Assembly: GCF_000150275.1 (NCBI RefSeq)
Contig: NW_002060943.1
Location: forward strand, 9,171,270-9,235,269
Origin: Trichoplax adhaerens
Taxonomy: Eukaryota; Animalia; Placozoa
Reading direction: 5' to 3'
DNA length: 64,000 bases
Below are positions 55,834 to 64,000 of the stretch, one piece after another. A model generated the notes under the pieces. The model searched no databases, was not told where the DNA came from, and worked only from the letters and a program-made list of their open reading frames with translations. Numbering within the stretch: the stretch's first letter is position 1; each line of letters starts with the position of its first letter. The position numbers and the translations under genes are program-made.

Positions 55834-58800
55834 ATGGATTTAAATGAAAATGAAAAAAGTCTAATTCAAGCAGTATCTAAAGGTAGGTATTTACTGTTAT
55901 AGGTTTACTGTATAATTACTGTACAGCATAATTAGTATGGTTATTTTTTGAGAAGATTGATTAAATCGTCGTTGTTGTACAATACCATTTGCTTCTTACA
56001 AAGAGCATGAATATGAATTATACGTTTTATAACACTGCCAGTATACAGTGTTATACACTACAGCAGTGCGTTATTAGGAGCAATATTCTTTACATTATAA
56101 TTTTGATGATCGTAGTACGGTACAATGTACAGCCGATTCTTTTGTATTTCCACTCGACTTTATTAGACCCGAATTACACATTTCTTAATTAATATTAATA
56201 ACCGATATTTATGATTAGCAATTAATGTGATATCTATGATATGTATATACTGTACAGTAAATGATTTCCTGTAGTAGCCTGGCCCTGCTAGGATGCGACC
56301 ATAAGTAATGTATTTGCTTCCATTACTATGTTAATTCAATCTTTCTTTGGAAAGGTGACGAAGGAATAGTTCGACAATTACTATGTGAATCCAACGTTTC
56401 CATTGATTGCTGCGACGAGGTAATATATACCCGTATTCTATTTAGACTCTAATATAATTGTACGTGCAATAATCCCTATCGATGATATTATTATGTATTA
56501 AAGTTGATTTCGATTTTCACGCAGTATCATGAGTAGGCCCTCCGAATACCGTATTGTAATGTCTCCATTTTGGCATTAATATAAGAACTAATCATACTGT
56601 ACGCCTCTCTAGTGAATTGTAATGCATTGCGTACGTATGCATTTTACAGGGCTTGAGGTACCCTATGAGTTACACCACTGAAATACATGTAGCGGATGTA
56701 ACTGTTTTAAAGATCACCAAAAACTGTTCAAATGCTGATTCAATTCTCGGCTTTTGGATACAGTAATAAAGGATGAAATAGTAGAAATTATAACAATAAC
56801 TTACTCGTTCTTTAAAATCTTACAAGCCTGCTATTAATGCTTATCTCTTTCATATTGAAACATTTTCAGACTGGCATGACCCCCCTGATGCATGCTGCAT
56901 ATAAAGGAAATGCAAACTTCTGTGATCTCTTAATAAAAAATGGCGCTAATGTAAATTGTAACAACCATGAATATCAGGTATGCTCGAATATTACTACAAT
57001 TCGTATTTGCAAAGGCTAATCATTTCAATATTATAATGTCGGTATCGAATACTAACCTTTCTTTTTCTAATGTATTTCATATATTTAAGTACACGCCTTT
57101 GATGTTTGCTGCCTTAGCCGGTAAGGCAATTACATTCCCAATTATGAAACTCTTTAGTTTACTTATAAAATTTACATGGAATAAGATCTAGTAATATCTA
57201 ATGTATAGCCTGTTGCTAAAATAAAGTTTTATATAAATTTATATACTGTACGTGTATACAGGCTCAGTGGAAACTGCTAAGGTGCTACTTGAAGCTGGTG
57301 CCTCGACAAAAGCTACAAATAAAGTCAATCGAACAGCGTCGCAACTTGGCGCCTTTGTTGGTTAGTGATTAACTAAAGTAGTAGCACTTTCATGTGCTGC
57401 AAATTTTGTATGAGTAGCACTTGCAGTATATTATTACCAAAGACTCTAAGTAATACGTATATACTAAACAAAAGTGATTTGTAGCCAAAATACATTTGTT
57501 ACTTCTATAATAAATGCAGTGTTATAATTATATTTAATTATATTATAATTTCTTATTGATTGTAAAGTTATTATCACGTCTAGTACATGATGTGCAATTT
57601 TAGTAAATTTTATGAATTAGTAATACAAGAGTTTGAGAATTAATCACTAAAGCAGTTACGCCTTAAATTTATTTTGCGTTAAATGATAGGTTGTATAAAT
57701 GTTATATTAAGTCTATTACTCTATGTACCTTATAATTATGATACAAATACCATTTTACATATCTAAACTCATAGGCTGGCTTTATATATCATCTAGATGA
57801 TGTTCAACGTGCTATGTTTAAACTAGTTCCTAAGATTTACGTATAATATAAATGTATAGCTGCACTTTACTGTTAGTGTTATCCAGAAATCTGTATCTTC
57901 CTTGAAAATAATTTTACTTATTTTAGTTTTAATTAGCAGCTATCAAGAAACGTTAGCAATTACTGTAAAACTTTTGATTCTAATAATTATATTGGATGGA
58001 AATTACGATTAAAGCATTAGAAATACATATTATTCGTTATACGGGTTAGGGTATATAATTGAAAACTTAAACTGGTTACTTAATATTTGTACAATTTATC
58101 AGAATTTAATAACATTAAACATCCAAATAATAGGGCAGCATCATGTTGTCAGCTTTATCAACAGCTTCGTGCCTTTTGAAGAATTGGAATATTTCACAAA
58201 GCCACACGGTATGAAATAACAACAAAGTATCTTATAATTTACAGCAAAATAGTTTCAAAGCTATAATGTAATATGACACAGACTCTCCTTAGTCACTCTG
58301 AAATAATATGAGGACTTAAGCGCGCTGTGATTTGTGTGCTGGTCAACAGGTATAATAACTTTATGATGTAAACAGTGCTGCATCAGAATTCACTTTTTAC
58401 CATATTTGATTATGTTCCTCAATGCCAATTAAAGACTTCACCTATAGGCAAGAGCTCACAATGCTTAGCCGGTTTCTAAAGTCTGCTCATAAAGTGTCTA
58501 TACTCAACCTTATTCAATTACATCTTCCTGCAATTTAATTAAAATAAAAACTGACTATCACTTAACTTTAATATTAGAATTGATTCTTACAGTTAAAAGC
58601 TTGTACTATGAAATTTAAATTACTGATATCAAAAGTCTAGCTTTACTAAATATGTTTAAATCACATGAACAATGAAATGCTTCGTAATATGATAGCGATA
58701 TAGGGTTCTTTTAAATTTGTTGCGGGTGCGAATACTGTATTTAATTATCTTCACAGGCTTAGAAACTGAACCGAAATTACCACCTTTAATGGCTCGAATT

Positions 58801-59999
58801 TTTCATAAATTACTACTAAACTCAAATATGAATCCTTGTCGCGTAAGTCTAAAAGTATTTTGCATAAGAAAGCTAAACTCATCGTCGAGTATAATTTTTT
58901 CCTGATTTCATTTTTTACTTCTTCGAATCACTCTTACCAGATCGTTATCTTCCTGATGGATAACAAAGATCTAGTCGACAACTGGGAGATTGCTGTATCG
59001 ATGTTAGAGCTGCTTTGTGAAAGAAGTATGAAAGCTCAAGAAACTAACGAAATCATGTCAATGAGAATGCATTATTTTTCATACATTATTAAAGCAGTCG
59101 TAAAACATGAAGATGGACCTATGGCATTTTTGAAACAGTACGCCATGTCATGTTTGCAAAATTTTCGGCTGTTTAAGTGCAACCTTTGTAGTGATTATTT
59201 GTCTTAAATAGTTTACTAAAGGGTAGTGAACCCAATGGTGTGCAAATAAGGATGGAGCAATTCATCCGGCAAGCGATTAGAAGTTTTCCATATCATGAGT
59301 CTACCTTATTTGTGCAGTTAGTGCGCAATATCGCTCCAGTGAAATTGGTAATGAAATATATACAGTATATTGCTTTTCCAAATTTATTAACCTGCAAGAT
59401 TAGTTGCATATATGTACCGGTGATCACTTTTGACCTCATAAATTACTTGTCTAATAGGGAGATGATCCTTCTTCTCTTTCCGTTTTAACGACTGGTATTA
59501 ATGGTCATCAAAGGTAGTAATTTCGGATAACAAATTAAAATTAACGTACAATTATTTCTTCCTGCACCTTAATATATCTAACATACTCAATATCACCTGA
59601 TAGTGCCGACTTCAGCGATTGTTGCTATACTTGCGGAGAGAAAAGAGCCAACATGAAATGTTCAGCTTGTAAAAAGGTTATTAATTTTCACATATTGCAT
59701 TGTAATAAGACTAATTAATTAACTTATAGAGTTAACAATGTGGAAGGCCGCGTCTTTCGTGATTTTTAATTATTTCGATTTCCGTATATATGTACTCTGT
59801 TTAGGTTAAGTATTGCGATCAAAGATGTCAGAAATTTCACTGGTTCACACACAAAAAATTTTGTAAATATTTTGCCGAAGAATTCTTACGCGAACAAAAA
59901 CTACAAGAAGCTGAGGAGAACATTTCACAATCTGCCAATACTTGCATAAGTGAAGCAAATATTTCTGGCGAAACCTCTGATCCCAAATCAGAACAATGA
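55834..59999 (+). CDS. ANKMY2: Ankyrin repeat and MYND domain-containing protein 2, 12 exons
   Basis: [12 protein letters not shown]...HEYQ|[11 protein letters not shown]...[15 protein letters not shown]...[13 protein letters not shown]...[39 protein letters not shown]; MYND finger CYTCGE....[27 protein letters not shown]; stop at 59997-59999. Confidence 0.95.
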
Positions 60000-62077
60000 T
60001 AGTCATTTTTACAATCGTGGAAATAATGTAGTATAAAACAAAAATGGTAATTTTTAAAATTGTACGTAGGCAAGCTTTTGTATTAAAGGCTGTCATCATA
60101 ATGTCATTTTTCATTCTTTGGCATATGGAATTTTAATTGCATTAGTATTATCTTACCTAGCCTATTTAAAATGAGTTCATAAACGTTATTTAGAGCCTTC
60201 AACTGCATTTATTATTATGGAGTAAAGTAGTAATATCTGCATGTAAGTACAATAAACTGACAATACATATTACTGTATGTATGTTTTCTGGTAGATAAAT
60301 TGTTGTAATCATGAATTATATAAATTGGTAATTTACTGCTGACGTCGGATGTAACACAGCAGTACATATTCTTTGTAATATTTCTGTGATTTGCTGTTGC
60401 CTCTTCAAATAAATCTACTGTAAATGTGATTGGTAACTTACATTTAATTGGTAGAGGATCCTCTATTTGCATAAATGGACTCAATTATGCATCGTTAGGT
60501 ATCGAATTTTTGATCGCCCTTAAAGATTTAAATGATTTGCTATTACTTCAATAGCCAACGTTGGATCACTCCAATACGAATTTAAACTACTTCGATCGCG
60601 AAGTTCGATATCTTATATGAAAGTTTTGCTTATTAAAGATTAATTTATAAGTTATTAATGCGTTGGTACCAGCATTAGCGCTTAACTTATCAACTTTATC
60701 AATTTATCCAGCTTTACTAGCCCAAGGTGACGATGCCAGAGTACATATCGTAACCCTTAATGATTAATGAATTAACTAGAGAAACTGCATACGAGCTATA
60801 TCATATACATTATGTAGCAACCAATTCAAGTTTCTGGTAAAGTACGTATTGTACATTAGGAATAGGCACTTAATTCCGGCTAAAATAAAGCTGTGAATAA
60901 CCAGCAAAGTATCGTACTTGTTCTTGAGAGATGATTACAGTATCAATTAAGATGAGAACAGAGGAAAGATATAATGATATCAATATAAAACCTGATATTA
61001 GTATAAGTAAAATTAATTTTCTGTATAAGGTACAGTATATCCAGAGAACTATAAATATTAAGATGTTTTGATACAGTACTGACACTACATTTATGAGTTC
61101 TTAATCAATTTTATATTACAACCACAAAATGGAGCTTGATTTTTGAATGATGAACGTAAAATCAAGAGAAGAAAGTGATTTACCTATTGGTGAGGTACTA
61201 TTACTATACTCATAATAACTAATAGTCTCCATAATACAACTTAAAAGTGCAGTAAAATAGAAATGGTAGTGCACATGATCTGATCTCAAATTCTACATAC
61301 TAAGCGAAAAGATATAGCATCTCTGTAAGTCTAAACTGTAAAATATCTACACAATAGTTTGAGTTCGGGTGCTATAGATTGCTAGCAGTTTGCATATGCT
61401 TTTCACTTGCTACCGTTGGAGTAAATGTACTAAGTGGCGATTGAACTGCTCAAACTTACAACGGAGTCTGTTTAGATGCTCAATCGGAATATCTTTTGAT
61501 TTGGTTGCAAGGATGAGTGTGCGATTCTTCATTACTATGCTGCATAGTTCTTAGATTCTTTGCTTCTTAACAGGTTTCATGCAATCATAGATACTTGTAT
61601 GAGTTTTGATAAGTTAAGAGTATTTGTATTTCACACGAATATTTTATTAATTTTTTTAAAGCCTGTAATAAGCATTGCTTGTACATTTCTATTCTTAACT
61701 CTATCATCGCTAGTAGTGGATGGCAAAACGATAATGATTGCTCTTATACTGACAGAGTAATCAGGTATATGATATAATCATGAAGATGCATTACTTCTTC
61801 CCTTATTACCTTATCCTCAGTTAACGAAGCAATATGCATAGTCAATCGTTTAATCATTAAGTGAGTTTAGATATGTTTTGAAAAAATAAATATTTTTACT
61901 TACCATACGATATAGCTTATTATACATAGGCACATCAATAGTTTTATCACAATATGTTACTAAAGGTAATCCTTTATGCGTCAAAAGATTCTCGTATAGG
62001 ATTCAATCATCATAAAATACATTTTAATGAATACGAAATAGTGACTACAAAATAAAGCACATTATACAAATTGAATA

Positions 62078-62129
62078 NNNNNNNNNNNNNNNNNNNNNNN
62101 NNNNNNNNNNNNNNNNNNNNNNNNNNNCN
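62078..62129. other. Assembly gap (N run)
   Basis: About 50 N characters. Confidence 1.
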
Positions 62130-62436
62130 CATGTTTTGGGCTGATTTTCTAAAATCACAGAGACTATATTTCAAAATACAGAACATAATGATCTATACAG
62201 CATCGCTGTGAAGGTGCATACTACTCTCGGGTGCTGCTCTATAAATGCTATGCCCTGATATATAGCAAAGTTTCTTTAATTACACTATATAATAAAATGA
62301 GATTATGAAGAACCGCTTAAAAGAGGCATGAGACAATGGACTGAACACAAAAGATTTTTTAGTAAAGATGAAGTTTCCAAATAAATTTTACAATTAAGTT
62401 TGTACTGACAAGGAAGGCACAATCACCATCCAGAAG

Positions 62437-63801
62437 TTAAACAAACGTTTCTTGATTCTCTTCATTTTCACATTCACTGCAATAACTGATATCTGACACC
62501 TTTCCAGAGGATGCATTAATATTCAGCTGAATGCTGATACTTTCGCTGTCGTCTAAATCTTCACTCTTAAAGGTAGACCCAATGCTCTCCTAAAAATACA
62601 GTATTAGAATATTTACACAAACTTTAGTAATGAGAATTAAAATTATTAGGGCTAAGATGAGCTTGGTGCGCATGTAATGTCTATAAAGAGATAAAGACGA
62701 ACGAAAAAATGATAACATTTAAAACACATGCCATTAAGAGATCGAACATACGGGGTTTCACGGTTAATACACATTTATGTAGATATATAACTCAAGGTAA
62801 ATAATAAATTATTTTCTCTGTGATATACTTCCTGAGAAAGAATGAATTAAATATCTATTATCTACATTTCTTGTAACTACTTTCAGGTAGTGATAAGCAC
62901 AACTGACTGTATACATGTCAAAACTGTTGTTACATCCAGTTAAAGTTCTATTAAATCTAAACTGCTTAGGATCGCAAATTGTGAATTAGGTATAATAGAG
63001 ATACATATTGTTTTTAGCCGTGCAAGCTTATAATGTTTTAAGCTTCCAATTACAAAAAATTAACGATTTCGTCTCATAGCCTAAACGCTTCTGAGTTCAT
63101 TTAAATACATGATAGATGAATTGTTAAAAATCCTCGCAATTCTTAACCAGTCTGTACGGTGAGGTATATAAAACTGTATCAATACATGTTATTAGTTTAA
63201 GGTAGCACGCCACTCAATAGGACTTATTTAAATGCTCATCAAACAAGAAATTATAAAGGTTCGAATTTATAGTTAATTCTTAAGTAAGTTTAGTAGTCGA
63301 TCATTAAAAGGATTGTAAAGCGCTAAGTTCCAGCAATCTCTATAGTATAGGTATTCTATTTCGCAGGCAACCACTTGCGAATTGAGAATAATTAGCCAGA
63401 GCAACTCAGTACTTTTATACATGTTTTCTATTACCTCAGTACCTCACTTCCTTGGTTGAATTTTTATAAAAAACTACATCTTGTTGAGCAACTTCAGAAA
63501 TAAAGTACGGTATGATAGTACTAAGCATATCGTTCAAGGCAATTAAATTATTTTCTAGATACCGTTTCTTCTTCGCAGTACGATTCTTCCAGCACGAAAT
63601 CGTCAGTAGGAGAAGCTTCATGAGTCGCTTCTTTAAACTGAACAGGAATTAAAATTCCGCTAGAGTTGAGCCAATCTGGTAAGCTACGGCTACGAATCAG
63701 CTTTGCTCTGATAGGTCTGATAAATAAACTACCATCACGCACTCCTTCGCGTTGGGGAAGCCATATGTGTGAACAATCTACATTGCCTTGTCGGCAATTA
63801 T
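62437..63801 (-). CDS. 3' exons of an unidentified gene (continues beyond the window), C-terminus ETFV*
   Basis: Exon 63801-63563 (..CSHIWLPQREGVRDGSLFIRPIRAKLIRSRSLPDWL...EEET) splices in phase 0 to exon 62589-62437 (ESIGSTFKSEDLDD...ENQETFV*). Both have GT-AG boundaries. Confidence 0.55.
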
Positions 63802-64000
63802 CTGCGATTTAATATTAGAAGAAAATAAATTTAGGATGACTTATGTTGTACCAGCGATCAATTGATCCGCATGGCAGGAATATTGCAATTTATGGACAGA
63901 ACATAAACGTAAATTTACAGACAGTAGTTAAGCTCAGTTAAGTCCTATTCTCGATTTACAGTGCGTTCACAAAGTAAAACAATATCGCAATATGCAAAAA

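Noticed and set aside
60200-61800. Hydrophobic short ORFs and a YNGVCL peptide hinting at a decayed GPCR
   Set aside because: Fragments lie on both strands, are full of stops, and are typical of AT-rich non-coding DNA. No consistent model.

Overview
Eukaryotic, AT-rich, gene-dense animal DNA with short introns. The compact layout and the pervasive TACAG/CTGTA repeats suggest a placozoan such as Trichoplax (inference only). Splicing by hand gives eleven complete protein genes: TTC23 (+), LYSMD1/2 (-), WDR61/SKI8 (+), a short APC-like armadillo gene (-), USP8 (-), CEP78 (-), ALG13 (+), PEX11G (-), RPL17 (-), an intronless bacterial-type uracil phosphoribosyltransferase upp (+) and ANKMY2 (+). 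The window also holds the 3' end of an unidentified gene ending in ETFV*, one tRNA-Pro(AGG), tandem repeat arrays, a 186-bp foldback element and an assembly gap. Main points of interest: (1) two minor-spliceosome-type introns in TTC23 that appear to use AT-AA ends; (2) a Bacteroidota-like upp among intron-rich animal genes, a horizontal transfer candidate; (3) dense GTAC/TACAG/CTGTA tracts at most promoters; (4) USP8 with a canonical two-Trp WW domain but no 14-3-3 site; (5) an APC with almost none of its beta-catenin/Axin-binding half; (6) a family of tiny CATGGACTACT hairpins. All homology calls come from recognising motifs by eye, not from database searches.
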